Source: Vulcanococcus sp. (GTDB lineage: Bacteria > Cyanobacteriota > Cyanobacteriia > PCC-6307 > Cyanobiaceae). From it: a DNA stretch of 64,000 bases. The stretch lies in NCBI RefSeq assembly GCF_019264575.1, contig NZ_JAHUZV010000026.1. The stretch is one strand, 5' to 3'. Shown here piece after piece: positions 50,009 to 60,763 of the stretch (its first letter is position 1; every line of letters starts with the position of its first letter). The notes under the pieces were generated by a model, which was given only the letters and a program-made list of their open reading frames with translations, was not told where the DNA came from and did not search any database. The position numbers were made by a program, and so were the translations under genes.

Positions 50009-50039
50009 AAAAAAGCCCGGCTTTGAGAGCCGGGCTTTT
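50009..50039. terminator. Bidirectional terminator between trpC and rpsD
   Basis: AAAAAAGCCCGGCT-ttgag-AGCCGGGCTTTT. Confidence 0.88.
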
Positions 50040-50084
50040 GCTGTGGATGGGGAAGATCGGGGCTGCCGAAAGGCAGCCGATTGA

Positions 50085-50693
50085 TCACACCTTGCGGGAG
50101 TAGTACTCCACCACCAGCAGTTCGTTGATTTCGAGGGCGACCCACTCGCGCTCGCACTTGCTGATCACCTTGGCGACCTGCTTGTTCTTGTCGAGCTCGA
50201 GGTGGGGTGGGATGTTGGCCAGACCCGGGAATTCCAGGTTGGCTTCAGCCAGCTTCTTGCTCTGCTTGCGCTCGCGGATGGCGACCACATCACCGGCTTT
50301 GCACTGGTAGCTGGGGATGTCCACGACGCGGCCGTTCACGGTCACGTGGCCATGGTTCACCAGCTGACGGGCACCGGGAACGGTGGGGCCGAAGCCGAGG
50401 CGGAAGCACACATTGTCGAGACGGTTCTCGAGCAGCTTCAGCAGGTTGGTTCCAGTGGAACCCTCCTGGGCGCGCGCTTTCTTCACGTAGCGCACGAGCT
50501 GACGCTCGGAGATGCCGTAGTTGAAGCGAAGCTTCTGCTTCTCTTCGAGGCGGATGGCGTATTCGGAGCGCTTGCGACGGGCTTGGCCGTGCTGACCGGG
50601 GGGATAAGACCGCTTAGCGGACTTACGGGTGAGACCGGGAAGGTCTCCCAAGCGCCGCGTAATCCTCAGACGAGGGCCGCGGTAGCGAGACAT
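50085..50693 (-). CDS. rpsD: 30S ribosomal protein S4
   Basis: [40 protein letters not shown]. Confidence 0.99.
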   Translation of the reverse strand: MSRYRGPRLRITRRLGDLPGLTRKSAKRSYPPGQHGQARRKRSEYAIRLEEKQKLRFNYGISERQLVRYVKKARAQEGSTGTNLLKLLENRLDNVCFRLGFGPTVPGARQLVNHGHVTVNGRVVDIPSYQCKAGDVVAIRERKQSKKLAEANLEFPGLANIPPHLELDKNKQVAKVISKCEREWVALEINELLVVEYYSRKV

Positions 50694-50851
50694 AGAAAAC
50701 CGTGATGGTTGGGCAGTCGGGCGGGGCGGCGAGCCGGAAGCTGGTGAGCGGCCTTGCGAGAATCTCGCAAGCATCCAGCTCATCCAGCGGGCTGATGCCA
50801 CGCCAGTAGTCGATCCTATCGCTCGGCCCTGGTTCCACCCTCGCGCTGCCC

Positions 50852-51079
50852 ATGAACCAGCTGCTGCAACGGTTGCTCCTGGCCTTGATCGGCGTCTACC
50901 GCCAGTTCATCTCACCGCTGCTGGGCCCGCCCCGCTGCCGCTTTATCCCCAGTTGCAGTGCCTATGGCCTGGAGGCGATCGAGCGCCACGGCCCCTGGCG
51001 CGGCAGCTGGCTCACCCTGCGCAGGCTGCTGCGCTGTCATCCCTTCACCCCCTGCGGCTGCGACCCGGTGCCCGATTGA
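50852..51079 (+). CDS. yidD: Membrane protein insertion efficiency factor
   Basis: [23 protein letters not shown]. Confidence 0.95.
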   Translation: MNQLLQRLLLALIGVYRQFISPLLGPPRCRFIPSCSAYGLEAIERHGPWRGSWLTLRRLLRCHPFTPCGCDPVPD

Positions 51080-51333
51080 TGGCTGAGCTGGTGCTGATCA
51101 CTCGTGAGGGCTGCTGCCTCTGCGACGGCCTCGAGGAGAAGCTGGCGGCGCTGGCCCTGGCCTACACGCGCCTCGATGTGGATGCCGATCCAGCCTTGAA
51201 GGCGCGCTTTGACTTCGAAGTGCCTGTGCTGCTGCTGCGGGAGGGAGCGGCGGAGCGGGTGCTGCCGCGTGTGTCGCCGCGCTTGCCAGCGCATCAGCTG
51301 GGCGCCTGGCTGCAGGAGCAGGGGCTGTCCTGA
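51079..51333 (+). CDS. Glutaredoxin-like protein (DUF836 family)
   Basis: ITREGCCLCDGL CxxC, RFDFEVPVL; 84 aa from ATG overlapping yidD stop. Confidence 0.88.
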   Translation: MAELVLITREGCCLCDGLEEKLAALALAYTRLDVDADPALKARFDFEVPVLLLREGAAERVLPRVSPRLPAHQLGAWLQEQGLS

Positions 51334-51437
51334 CGCTGGTGGCTGCCGCAGTCTTGCCTGAGGCTCACAAGACTGGTTGCAGCGGCAACGTTGGATGCCT
51401 GGATTGCGCCTAAAACAAGCGCAACAGCGCTGCCGCC

Positions 51438-52958
51438 ATGTCCGATCGGCTTCACCCTCTGCTGCGTCAGGTTGGCCTGGCGGTGCCGCCGGGTTTGGCC
51501 AATGGAGAGGTCACCAGCGTCAGCTGCGACTCGCGGCGCGTGGGGCCCGGCACCGTGTTTGTGGGCTTGCCGGGCGCCCAGGTCGATGGCGGGGTGTTTT
51601 GGCCCCAGGCGCTCCAAGCCGGTGCGGTGCTGGCGGTGATCGGCCGTGCTGCCGCTGAGGCCTGCCCTCCCGCCGATCACGACCCGGTGCTGGTGGTCAC
51701 CGAACCCGTGGCCCGCTGGGCTGGACTGCTGGCGGCGGAGTTCTGGCAGCAGCCGAGCCAGCGCCTGCATCTGATTGGGGTGACCGGTACCAACGGCAAA
51801 ACCACCACCACCCATCTGATCGAGCATCTCGCCGCCCATTGCGGCATGCCCTCTGCTCTGTTCGGCACGTTGGTGAACCGTTGGCCGGGGCACAGCGTCA
51901 CCGCCCAGCACACCACGGCGTTTGCCGATGTGCTGCAGGGACAGCTGGCTCAGGCCGTTGAGGCTGGTTCCCAGGTGGGTGCGATGGAGGTGAGCTCCCA
52001 TGCCCTGGATCAACAGCGCGTGAGCGGCTGCCGCTTCGCCGGGGCGGTGTTCACCAACCTCACCCAGGACCACCTCGACTACCACCCGTCGATGCAGGCC
52101 TACTTCGAGGCCAAGGCCAGCCTGTTCAGCTCCGGCTTCCTCGAGCTCAAGCCAGGCCAGGCCACGGCGGTTGTGAATGTGGATGATCCCTGGGGCGAGA
52201 AGCTGGCCCAGCGGCTGGGAAGCCACGCCTGGCGCAGCTCCCTGCAGGAGGACAGTGATGCGGAGCTGCGGATGGAGCAGTTGCAGTTCAGCTCCGAAGG
52301 GGTGAGCGGGGTGCTGGTGAGCCCGATGGGGAGCGGGGCTTTTCAGTCGCCGTTGCTGGGGCGCTTCAACTTGATGAATCAGCTGCAGGCGGTGGGTGCG
52401 CTGCTCCAGCAGGGCCTGCCCCTGGCCAACCTGCTGCAGGGCCTCACCAGCTTCCGGGGGGTGCCGGGCCGGATGGAGCGGGTTGGCGTTGGCCGGGCGG
52501 AGTGCTGCGAAGGCTCCTTGCCAGCGGTGCTCGTGGATTACGCCCACACACCCGATGGCCTTGAAAGTGCCCTGAAGGCGTGCCGGCCGTTTGCGCGTGG
52601 TCAGTTGATCTGCGTGTTCGGCTGCGGTGGTGATCGCGATCGCACCAAGCGGCCGCTGATGGGTTCGATTGCCGCGCGTCTAGCCGATCAGGTGGTCGTC
52701 ACCTCCGATAACCCCCGCACCGAAGACCCCCAGCAAATCCTCAACGATGTGGTCGCGGGCATTCCCGAGGGCGTGGCGGTGCAGGTGGAGGCCGATCGGG
52801 GCCGGGCTATCGCGGCTGTGGTGGCGGCTGCTCAGCCGGATGATCTGGTGCTGATCGCCGGCAAGGGCCACGAGGACTATCAGATCCTCGGCACCACCAA
52901 GATCCACTTCGACGACCGCGAAGAAGCGGAGAAAGCGCTGCGGGAGCGGCCCTGTTAA
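51438..52958 (+). CDS. murE: UDP-MurNAc-tripeptide synthetase
   Basis: [47 protein letters not shown]. Confidence 0.98.
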   Translation: MSDRLHPLLRQVGLAVPPGLANGEVTSVSCDSRRVGPGTVFVGLPGAQVDGGVFWPQALQAGAVLAVIGRAAAEACPPADHDPVLVVTEPVARWAGLLAAEFWQQPSQRLHLIGVTGTNGKTTTTHLIEHLAAHCGMPSALFGTLVNRWPGHSVTAQHTTAFADVLQGQLAQAVEAGSQVGAMEVSSHALDQQRVSGCRFAGAVFTNLTQDHLDYHPSMQAYFEAKASLFSSGFLELKPGQATAVVNVDDPWGEKLAQRLGSHAWRSSLQEDSDAELRMEQLQFSSEGVSGVLVSPMGSGAFQSPLLGRFNLMNQLQAVGALLQQGLPLANLLQGLTSFRGVPGRMERVGVGRAECCEGSLPAVLVDYAHTPDGLESALKACRPFARGQLICVFGCGGDRDRTKRPLMGSIAARLADQVVVTSDNPRTEDPQQILNDVVAGIPEGVAVQVEADRGRAIAAVVAAAQPDDLVLIAGKGHEDYQILGTTKIHFDDREEAEKALRERPC

Positions 52959-54115
52959 GCGAGCGCTCTCAGGGCTTCCAGCAGCTTGTCGATCTCCGCT
53001 TCGGTGGTGGTGATGTGGGTGCAGGCCCGGAGGCAATCGGGATCATCCAATCGGCGGATCCAGAGGTCCTGCTCACCGAGGCGCTCCACTACGGCAGCGC
53101 TGGGGTGCCCCGCCAGCGTGAAGCTCACGAGCCCGGCCGGTGGGGGCTCCAGCAGCAGGGTGCTCACCCCCTTAATGGTTTGCAGCCCCTGCCAGAGCCG
53201 GCGGCTGCCCGCCTGAATCCGCTCCAGCCGTTCGGCTGGTGTGCCCTCCGCCGCTAGCAGCTCCAGCGAGGTGGCCAGGCCGCTGCAGAGGGGTAGGCAA
53301 GAGGTGGCCACCTCAAAGCGGCGGGCATCGCTGTGGAAGCTGCTGGCGGCGGAGGCCTCATGGCGCAGGCTGCGCCAACCGATCAGGGTGGGTTGCGCCT
53401 GCTCGAGCAGCCGCTCTGAGAGAGCCACACCGCCGAGACCCTCCGGGCCGCAGCACCATTTGTGGCCGGTGAAGGCATAGATATCGGCGGCGGCAGCGGC
53501 CTCCTCCACAGGGATCGCCCCCATCGATTGGGCTGCATCCACCAGCAACCAGGGCTGGTTGGGATGGTGCTGGAGCCGCTCGGCCACGGCGGTGATCGGC
53601 ATCACGCTGCCGTTGTTCCAGAGCAGATGGGAGAGGGCTACGAGCCGTGTTTGCGGTGTGAGCGCCTGCTCCAGCGCCGCGAGCACCGCCGCGCCGAGAC
53701 TGGCCTGATCGTGGGTTTTGCAGAGCTCCAGCACCGGGAGCCAACGGATCTCCAGCCCTTCGCGCCGCGCCAGTTCCTGGCAAGCCGCCACCACGCCGGG
53801 GTGTTCGCAGTCGCTGATCAGCAGCTGATCACCAGTGCTCCAGGGCAGGCCCCAGAGCGGCAGTACGCAGCCGCTGGTCACGTTTTCTGTGAGCGCCAAG
53901 CGATGGGGGCCCACACCACAGAGCGCTGCCAAGGCTTGGCGCACCCGCGCGGTTTCCTGTTCGATGAAGGGCCACACCGCTCCGGTGAAGGGCCCTAGTT
54001 CCTGGATGCGCTGCCAGCTTGCGGTGATCGCCTGCAGCGAAGGTGTGGGCAGAGGCCCCTGCCCGCCGTAGTTGAAGTAGGTCTTGTTGGCTAGGGCGGG
54101 GCAGAGGGTGCGCAT
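52955..54115 (-). CDS. Aminotransferase class V (cystine lyase / CefD-like)
   Basis: [24 protein letters not shown] lysine. Confidence 0.9.
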   Translation of the reverse strand: MRTLCPALANKTYFNYGGQGPLPTPSLQAITASWQRIQELGPFTGAVWPFIEQETARVRQALAALCGVGPHRLALTENVTSGCVLPLWGLPWSTGDQLLISDCEHPGVVAACQELARREGLEIRWLPVLELCKTHDQASLGAAVLAALEQALTPQTRLVALSHLLWNNGSVMPITAVAERLQHHPNQPWLLVDAAQSMGAIPVEEAAAAADIYAFTGHKWCCGPEGLGGVALSERLLEQAQPTLIGWRSLRHEASAASSFHSDARRFEVATSCLPLCSGLATSLELLAAEGTPAERLERIQAGSRRLWQGLQTIKGVSTLLLEPPPAGLVSFTLAGHPSAAVVERLGEQDLWIRRLDDPDCLRACTHITTTEAEIDKLLEALRALA

Positions 54116-54124
54116 GCCTGCGGG

Positions 54125-54286
54125 TTAGATCACCTGCCCCACCATGACGGCTGCAACGGCGGAGAAGAGGGTGATGCTGAGGGCGGTGAGCGGGTTCTGG
54201 CCCTGGGCGACGGCGAAGCTGGTGATCACGCCGGCGCCGAGGCAGGCAACGGCCAGTTGGGTGGTGAGGGCTGGGCGCTGCTCCAC
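54125..54286 (-). CDS. Small two-TM membrane protein (53 aa), below ORF-track cutoff
   Basis: Manual translation: MEQRPALTTQLAVACLGAGVITSFAVAQGQNPLTALSITLFSAVAAVMVGQVI*; GTG start, GC3-rich codons, same strand as neighbours. Confidence 0.7.
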   Translation of the reverse strand: MEQRPALTTQLAVACLGAGVITSFAVAQGQNPLTALSITLFSAVAAVMVGQVI

Positions 54287-54379
54287 GGGCTTGGGCTCGA
54301 TTGCGGGCAGCTTGCTGGCGGCAACGGCTCCAGTCCTGGCTTCTTTACCTGGCGTTGGTCTTCGTTACGCGGCGCAATG

Positions 54380-55870
54380 TCAGCTGCGCACTCGGGTGGA
54401 GGCGGGTCTGGCGCGGCCGCTGCTGGCCCACTGCTGTAGCGCCTCCAGTTGTTCGCGCGCGGTGCGCGAGAGCGGCACCAACTGAGCGGCAGCGCTGATC
54501 AGATCGCTTTCCCCGAATTCCCGTTGCTCACTGAAGGCCTGGTGCATGGCCTCGATCACCACCTGCTCCAGCTCAGCGCCGGAGAAGCCCGCTGTGCGGT
54601 CCACCACCACCTCCAGCGGCAGGCTGTGATCGGGGCGGCGGCGCCTCAGCTGCAGATCGAGGATGGCGCTGCGCTCTGCTGCATCCGGTAGATCGAGCAG
54701 GAAGATCTCATCGAAGCGGCCCTTGCGCAGCAGCTCCGGGGGCAGTTTCTCCACGCCATTGGCCGTGGCCACCACAAACACGGCACTGCTCTTCTCTGCC
54801 ATCCAGGTGAGCAGGCTCGCCAGCACCCTCTGGCTGGTGCCGCCATCGCTGCGGCCATCGCCGGCGGCGCCGAAGCCCTTGTCGATCTCATCGATCCAGA
54901 GCACGCAGGGGGCCATCGCCTCGGCCCGCTGGATCATGTCGCGGGTGCGCGCCTCGGAAGCGCCCACCAGCCCGGCGAACAGGCGGCCCACATCGAGGCG
55001 CAGCAGCGGCATCGCCCAGCTGTGGGCGATCGCCTTGGCCGTGAGTGATTTGCCGGTGCCCTGCGGGCCCACCAGCAGCACGCCACGCGGCAGCGGCAGG
55101 CCGTAACGGCGTGCGTCATCGCTAAAGGCCATGTGGCGCTGCTCCAGCCAGCGCTTCAGGGCATCCAGGCCGCCGATATCGGCGGGGGTGGCTTCGGTGG
55201 GGCAGTACTCGAGCAGCTCGCTGCGGGCGATCGCCTGGCGTTTTTCCTCGAGCACTTCATCGAGATCGGCAAGGCCCAGCTCGCCGCGGCTGGCAAGGCC
55301 CCGGGCCGCCACCTGGCGGATGCGCTGCTCGCTCAAGCCGCTGCAGCTGTGGCTGAGCTGTTCAAGCACCGACACATCCAGCCTTTTGCCGCTGGCCTGC
55401 GCGATGTTGCGCAGCAGCGCCTCGATCTCCTGCTGATCCGGCAGGGGCAGATCCAGCAGGGTGATGCATTCATCGAGATCGCGGGGCGGCTGCCAGTCGG
55501 CGGCCGTGATCACCACGGTGTGAGGTTGCTGGCGCAGGCTGGTGGCGAGGTTGCGCAGCTTGCGGCAGATGCTCGCGTCCTCGCAGTAGCGGTGGAAGTC
55601 GTGGAGCACCAGCAGCGCGGGCTGCTCGGCCGGAAGGGCGGCCAGGCTCTCGAGGGCGGCAAGCGGATTGCGTGCAGCCTCGCCATCGCGGCCCGGCCAG
55701 CCCTTGAGGCCACTGATGAAATCCCAGCGGGCCAGTGCCCGGTTGCCGAGGCGCTTGGCAGCGGCCGCCAGCAGGGCGGCGATGCGCTCCTCCTCCTGGC
55801 TGCGGATCCAGAGGATGGGGGTTCGCGCCCGGATCAGCAGATCGAGGTGGTCGGCCCAGGCCTGGCTCAT
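54380..55870 (-). CDS. ycf46: Ycf46-family AAA ATPase
   Basis: LLIRARTP, GPQGTGKS Walker A, VLWIDEIDK Walker B, LLRKGRFDE. Confidence 0.93.
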   Translation of the reverse strand: MSQAWADHLDLLIRARTPILWIRSQEEERIAALLAAAAKRLGNRALARWDFISGLKGWPGRDGEAARNPLAALESLAALPAEQPALLVLHDFHRYCEDASICRKLRNLATSLRQQPHTVVITAADWQPPRDLDECITLLDLPLPDQQEIEALLRNIAQASGKRLDVSVLEQLSHSCSGLSEQRIRQVAARGLASRGELGLADLDEVLEEKRQAIARSELLEYCPTEATPADIGGLDALKRWLEQRHMAFSDDARRYGLPLPRGVLLVGPQGTGKSLTAKAIAHSWAMPLLRLDVGRLFAGLVGASEARTRDMIQRAEAMAPCVLWIDEIDKGFGAAGDGRSDGGTSQRVLASLLTWMAEKSSAVFVVATANGVEKLPPELLRKGRFDEIFLLDLPDAAERSAILDLQLRRRRPDHSLPLEVVVDRTAGFSGAELEQVVIEAMHQAFSEQREFGESDLISAAAQLVPLSRTAREQLEALQQWASSGRARPASTRVRS

Positions 55871-56394
55871 GGTTGCAGCTTTTTTAGAGCCGCCCAGCGC
55901 GGATCAATCGGTTCGTCTTCGGCGGGAGCGCCCAGCAGCTCGGGCCCAGGGCAATCGCGGCCGCAGCGGTTCACCAGCGGCAGCTGCAGGCTGAGCTGCT
56001 CAAACACCCAGTGCTCAGGGTCGAAGTTGCCAGTGGGATCGAGGCTTTCGGTGAGTGCGTCGGGGTCGAGCTCGAGCACTTCACTGCCGCCTTCCAGCAC
56101 GGTGTCAGCGGCGATGCCCTCAAGCCGTGCCTGATCGCCGAGCCAGAGCACCTCGTGGTGCTTGAAGCTCAGGGGGTGGTTGTAGTGCTGCAGGCAGCGA
56201 TCGCAGCGCAGGGTGATGATCGTGCTGGCGTGGCCTCCCACCTCAAGGATGTTGCCGCGGTGAACGGCATGGAGTTCACCGCGCACAGGGGTGAGGCTCT
56301 CCAGCTCGCTGAGGGTTTGATCCACCTGCCAGCGGCGGCCTTCGGCCAGGGGCCGCAACTCCTGCAGCGGCACCGGCTGCAGGGGATCACCCAC
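55867..56394 (-). CDS. YceD/DUF177 family protein
   Basis: CDRCL, LSLQLP...CGRDCPG, IDPRWAALKKL. Confidence 0.92.
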   Translation of the reverse strand: MGDPLQPVPLQELRPLAEGRRWQVDQTLSELESLTPVRGELHAVHRGNILEVGGHASTIITLRCDRCLQHYNHPLSFKHHEVLWLGDQARLEGIAADTVLEGGSEVLELDPDALTESLDPTGNFDPEHWVFEQLSLQLPLVNRCGRDCPGPELLGAPAEDEPIDPRWAALKKLQP

Positions 56395-56428
56395 GGGCTG
56401 CGCTGCAGGTCGCGCTGGGCTCATCGGC

Positions 56429-57565
56429 TCACTTCTTGCCCTTGGGCTCAAAGGGCAGGCGCTCGCTGCCGCTCACGGTGGCGGTGACCGTTTTTGCTTC
56501 GGCTGCCAGCTGCTGATCGAGGATCGCCTGCAGGTTGTCGGGCAGGGCCTCGCGGGTGAGCAGGAAGGTTTGGGTGGCCTGGAAGATGTTGGCCACCACC
56601 ATGTAGAGCAGCACACCCGCGGGCAGCGGGAAGAACAGGAACATGCCGGTGATCATCACGGGCGTGATCTTGTTGGCCGTGGCCTGCTGTGGGTTCGCAG
56701 GCATGCCCATCCCCGAGAGGATCTGGCTCACAAACAGGCTGGCGCCGAAGGCGGCCACCAGGATGGCGATGTCCCAGTTGATGGCCCCATCGGTGTAGAA
56801 GCCCACCTGGCCCAGAGCCTTGATGAACAGGAAGCCGCTGCGGGCTGCCAGGCCGGGGATCTTGGCTTCCACGGTCACATCGCCGGGGGCGATGGCGTGA
56901 ATGGTGCCGTTCTGATCCACGCTCACCAGGCCTTCACCTTTGGTGACGCTCCAGGTGGGTGTGAAGGCGCTGCCGTTCTCTACGCCGCTGAGCACGGAAG
57001 CAAAGCTGGCGCCGTCTTTGGTGTGGAGGCTCACCGTTTCGGTGTCACCCACGCCGAGCTTGGTGCCCTTCTCGAGGCTGGCCACCACCGGCACGTGATT
57101 GGTGGCGGTCACGAAGATCGAGTGGCTGGGGCTGTTGAACGGCTTGGGTTCAACGGCGGCGATCTGTTCGGCCGGCAGCACCTTCAGGTTGAGGGTGTAG
57201 GGCACATCGGCGAACGGTGATCCGCGCAGGGTGGCGAACAGCGCGAACAGGATCGGCATCTGCACCAGCAGAGGCAGACAACCCGAGAGGGGGCTGCCGA
57301 ACTCCTTCATCAGCGACCCCAGCTCCTCCTGCTGCTTCTGGGGGTTGTTGGCGTACTTGGCCTTGATCTCAGCCTGGCGCTTCTGCATCACCGGCTGGGC
57401 GATGCGCATGCGACGGGCACTGCGGATGGAGCCGGCGCTGAGGGGAAACAGCGCCAGGCGGATCACCACGGTGAGGGCAATGATCGCCAGGCCGTAGCTC
57501 GGCACCAATCCGTAGAAGAAATCGAGGATCGGCAGCAGCAGATTGTCGGAGATGTAGCCGATCAC
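56429..57565 (-). CDS. yidC: Membrane protein insertase YidC (Alb3)
   Basis: [33 protein letters not shown]. Confidence 0.97.
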   Translation of the reverse strand: MIGYISDNLLLPILDFFYGLVPSYGLAIIALTVVIRLALFPLSAGSIRSARRMRIAQPVMQKRQAEIKAKYANNPQKQQEELGSLMKEFGSPLSGCLPLLVQMPILFALFATLRGSPFADVPYTLNLKVLPAEQIAAVEPKPFNSPSHSIFVTATNHVPVVASLEKGTKLGVGDTETVSLHTKDGASFASVLSGVENGSAFTPTWSVTKGEGLVSVDQNGTIHAIAPGDVTVEAKIPGLAARSGFLFIKALGQVGFYTDGAINWDIAILVAAFGASLFVSQILSGMGMPANPQQATANKITPVMITGMFLFFPLPAGVLLYMVVANIFQATQTFLLTREALPDNLQAILDQQLAAEAKTVTATVSGSERLPFEPKGKK

Positions 57566-57620
57566 GGCGTGTGCAGGTCCGGGGAGAAGGGAAGTGGTGT
57601 CAGTGTGTCAGGCGGATGGC

Positions 57621-58073
57621 TCAGGCCGCCGCGTTCTTGTTGAAGCCGGTTTTGTTGCTGGCCTTGGAGGCCGAGCTGGCCGCCATGCGCTCTTCGATGT
57701 AGGCCTCAGCGTTCTTGTAGTGGGGCACGGCGCGCATCTCGAGCTTGGTGCCGTCGTTGAGCACCAGCACCATGTCGCCCCAGAAGCCGAGGCCGCGGGC
57801 CACCGAGCGCACCTCGCGGATCTGGCTGTACACCACCTGGCTGCGGTCGCGGCCGAGCCAGCCACCGCTCACTTCCACGCGCCGGCTGGTGATGCGGAAG
57901 CGCAGCCACAGGGCCCGCACGATCGCTCCCACAGCAAAGGGAATGCCGATCAGGGTGAGACCGAACAGCAGGTTGGTGATCAGGTCGCCCTTGGCGGGCC
58001 CGCCTGCGTAGAAGACGTCTTCGTTGATGCTGGCTCCGGGAGCCACCGGGGGCGTCTTGGGCGTGCCTGTCAT
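57621..58073 (-). CDS. PH-domain (bPH_2-like) membrane protein
   Basis: EDVFYAGGPAKGDL, RFRITSRR, GFWGDMVL; between rnpA and yidC. Confidence 0.85.
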   Translation of the reverse strand: MTGTPKTPPVAPGASINEDVFYAGGPAKGDLITNLLFGLTLIGIPFAVGAIVRALWLRFRITSRRVEVSGGWLGRDRSQVVYSQIREVRSVARGLGFWGDMVLVLNDGTKLEMRAVPHYKNAEAYIEERMAASSASKASNKTGFNKNAAA

Positions 58074-58459
58074 GGCCGTAGACCTGCCTTGGCGAGGAGT
58101 TGAGAACATTCTCCCAGCAGAGCCTCGTCGCTGGCTTCGGCGCTGCCGGGTTTGAGGGAGATCAGCAGCCAGCGGCCGCTGGCTTGGTCGGGAAGTGCGC
58201 GCACAGCCGCGGTGAGGTGGCTGTGGAACAGCCGGCGCAGCTGGTTGCGGCGCACCGATCGTTTGCTCACCTTGCTGCTCACCACCACCGCGAGCCGGCA
58301 GCTGTTGGGGCTGTGGTCGCGGGGGTCGGGTTTGAGCAGTTCGGGTTGCGCGTTCAGGCAACGCAGCACCATCAGGCTGCCGTGATGGCGCTGGCCTTTC
58401 TGATAGAGGCGGTCAAACACAAACCGCCCCCGCAGCCTTTGTTCCCGGGGTAGAACCAT
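58070..58459 (-). CDS. rnpA: Ribonuclease P protein component
   Basis: LPREQRL, VSSKVSKRSVRRNQLRR RNR motif. Confidence 0.93.
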   Translation of the reverse strand: MVLPREQRLRGRFVFDRLYQKGQRHHGSLMVLRCLNAQPELLKPDPRDHSPNSCRLAVVVSSKVSKRSVRRNQLRRLFHSHLTAAVRALPDQASGRWLLISLKPGSAEASDEALLGECSQLLAKAGLRP

Positions 58460-58507
58460 CGGAAACGGGCTGGCGGGGGCGGTGGTGTGAACGGTTGAGC
58501 CGGAAGC

Positions 58508-58645
58508 TCAGACCGCCAGGCGGGCGCGGCCGCGCTTACGGCGGGAGCGGATCACACGGCGGCCGGTGTGGCTGCGCATGCGAACGCGGAAGCCCGACAC
58601 ACGCTTGCGCTTACGGCTGGTTCCTTCAAGGGTGCGCTTGGTCAT
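58508..58645 (-). CDS. rpmH: 50S ribosomal protein L34 (not in ORF track)
   Basis: [45 protein letters not shown]. Confidence 0.98.
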   Translation of the reverse strand: MTKRTLEGTSRKRKRVSGFRVRMRSHTGRRVIRSRRKRGRARLAV

Positions 58646-58847
58646 GGCTTCGGCTCGGCTGCGCCTTCAACGTCGATCGCCCAACTTACCAGCCCGCCTT
58701 GCAGGGTTTCTGTTGGGGCGGAGGATGAGAGAGCTGGGAGCTCTCGCTTCAAAGGCGAAATCCTTCAGAGCACCCATAGAAGGAATTTACTTAAGTCTTC
58801 ACCGTGGTCGAGCCGATCGGCGGTTGCTGGTGGTTCGGGACAGTTGG

Positions 58848-59429
58848 TTATGGGTCAACCTGGATGAGCCAGCTTCCCAGGTATCCCGACACGGGGACGT
58901 CGCCAGGGGCCTGGGCTAGAGCGTTGAACTGATACATCCCAGCATTAAAGGGATTGAAAAGGTTGATGTAGACGCCAACAGTTTGTCCGACTGGGACCGG
59001 AGTGTCTGGATAGATATCAATGGCGGTGTTATCAGGTGACACCTCGACTTTGGCGGGTATGGTTGTTTGGCATTTCGTTCTACCGAGCATTCCGCCTTCC
59101 TTCATGTAGCACAGCTCAACGTACTTAGGGTTGATCTCGACGTCGAAAGATTTGGGTATGCCAACGCTCAGCTTAATGAAGGCAGTCTTTCTGTCCTTTG
59201 GCTTAAGGATCAGGTAATATTCGGCACGCTTCAACTTCTGGGTGTCTGTCATAAAGTAATATAATTTTCTGTAGTCCTTGCTGCTATCCCAGCGGAACTC
59301 CACGAGTCCAGGTGTCCCTTGGGCTCGTGCGGGAGTTGTCGCAAGTTGGCCTGCGAAGATGGATGCGGTCGTGATGCCAAGGGTTGTTGCTAGCCCGGCT
59401 TTAAAGATCGCGGATGCGCGTCGTCGCAT
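58848..59429 (-). CDS. DUF2808-like exported protein
   Basis: Signal peptide ending ARAQ, YQFNALA...PG...YLGSWLI C-terminus; position upstream of rpmH. Confidence 0.8.
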   Translation of the reverse strand: MRRRASAIFKAGLATTLGITTASIFAGQLATTPARAQGTPGLVEFRWDSSKDYRKLYYFMTDTQKLKRAEYYLILKPKDRKTAFIKLSVGIPKSFDVEINPKYVELCYMKEGGMLGRTKCQTTIPAKVEVSPDNTAIDIYPDTPVPVGQTVGVYINLFNPFNAGMYQFNALAQAPGDVPVSGYLGSWLIQVDP

Positions 59430-59532
59430 GGGTCAATACGCAAGGAGTGATGAAGGTATTATTGGTTCTGTTCTGATCGATGGAGCAGGGTGTAGGACGG
59501 CCCTGTCTCTGGAAGCTGCGATCAGATGTGAA

Positions 59533-59904
59533 TCAATCGGCCAGATCCGGTCGCAATCTGGCGGCGTCGCGCAGGTAGGCATGGCGCACCGGCTGCTGCT
59601 GCTCCAGCCAGGCATGGGCCAGCAGGCGGATGCAGCGGGGCAGATCGCCTGCCACGGCCATTTGCTGGCAATCGAGTAGGGCCACGCCATCCCAACCTTC
59701 ACGCCGCCGGGCGATCGCCGCCGGGAAGATGGCATCGAGATCGGCGGTCACTGAGAAGGTGACCGACAGGATCTGGCCTCCCTCGAGGTTGTTGCGTTCC
59801 ACCAGGGCATCGATCAGCTCAGCCACGGCTTCACTGATGGCTGCGCTGGTGTTGGCGACGGCGGTGGTGGCGCCGCGCAGGGCCCGCAGTTGCGAGGTGC
59901 TCAT
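59533..59904 (-). CDS. aroH: Chorismate mutase AroH
   Basis: RALRGATT, FSVTADLDAIFPA, LPRCIRLL, HAYLRDAARLRPD. Confidence 0.96.
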   Translation of the reverse strand: MSTSQLRALRGATTAVANTSAAISEAVAELIDALVERNNLEGGQILSVTFSVTADLDAIFPAAIARRREGWDGVALLDCQQMAVAGDLPRCIRLLAHAWLEQQQPVRHAYLRDAARLRPDLAD

Positions 59905-60713
59905 GGGCGATGCAGCCAGAGGGGTTGGCCGCTCCAGGCCAGCTCCAGGTGGAGTGCATCGTTGAGGCGGGCAATCAGGTTGCTGCCCGGGATCAAGCCT
60001 GCGAAGCGTTTCTTGGGCTGGCCGAAGTTGATCGGCCGGGTTTTCTCTTCATCGAGATCCGCCAGCTGACAGGCCAGCCTGCGGGCGCTCTCCTCATCAC
60101 CCAGCTGATCCACCAGGCCCAGCTCCAGGGCCTGGGCGCCGCTGAACACGCGGCCATCGGCGAAGCTGCGCACCACGCTCTCCTCCAGCCCGCGGCCCTC
60201 GGCCACGGCAGCCACGAACTGGCCGTAACTGGAGTCGATCAGCTCCTGCAGCAGCTGGCGTTCGCCTGCGGTGAGGGCGCGATCCGGCGAGAGGATGTCC
60301 TTATAAAGCCCGCTTTTCACGGTTTCAAACTGCACGCCGATCCGCTCGAGCAGCCGGGAGAGGTTGTTGCCGCGCAGGATCACGCCGATGGAGCCGGTGA
60401 TCGAGCCGGCATTGGCCACGATCTTCTCGGCGGCCACGCCCACGTACACCCCGCCGGAGGCGGAGATGTTGCCGAAGCTGGCCACCACTCGGCAGCCCTT
60501 CTCCCGCAGCCGCTGGATGGCGGCATGGATCTCCTGGCTGTCACCCACGGTGCCGCCGGGACTGTCGATGCGCAGCAGCAGGGCCGGGAATTCCCGCTGC
60601 TCCACCTCTCGCAGCGCTTTGAGCACCCGTTCACGGGTGCCGGAGGCAATCGCCCCTTCGATGGCGATGCGCGCCAGTTTGCGGCGGGACTTTCGGCGCC
60701 AGGGCCAGACCAT
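59901..60713 (-). CDS. sppA: Signal peptide peptidase SppA
   Basis: RIDSPGG, ASGGVYV, TGSIGVI, KSGLYKD, ADGRVFSG. Confidence 0.95.
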   Translation of the reverse strand: MVWPWRRKSRRKLARIAIEGAIASGTRERVLKALREVEQREFPALLLRIDSPGGTVGDSQEIHAAIQRLREKGCRVVASFGNISASGGVYVGVAAEKIVANAGSITGSIGVILRGNNLSRLLERIGVQFETVKSGLYKDILSPDRALTAGERQLLQELIDSSYGQFVAAVAEGRGLEESVVRSFADGRVFSGAQALELGLVDQLGDEESARRLACQLADLDEEKTRPINFGQPKKRFAGLIPGSNLIARLNDALHLELAWSGQPLWLHRP

Positions 60714-60763
60714 CGAGGCGGTGTGCAGTGGCTGGATCTTAAAAAGGAGCCTGTAGCCCGCTG

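Noticed and set aside
50852-51079. yidD separated from rpmH-rnpA-yidC
   Set aside because: To my knowledge an ordinary cyanobacterial arrangement, not a novelty
42760-56210. HIP1 (GCGATCGC) octamers
   Set aside because: Only a handful seen by eye; not clearly above expectation for this GC content without a computed count
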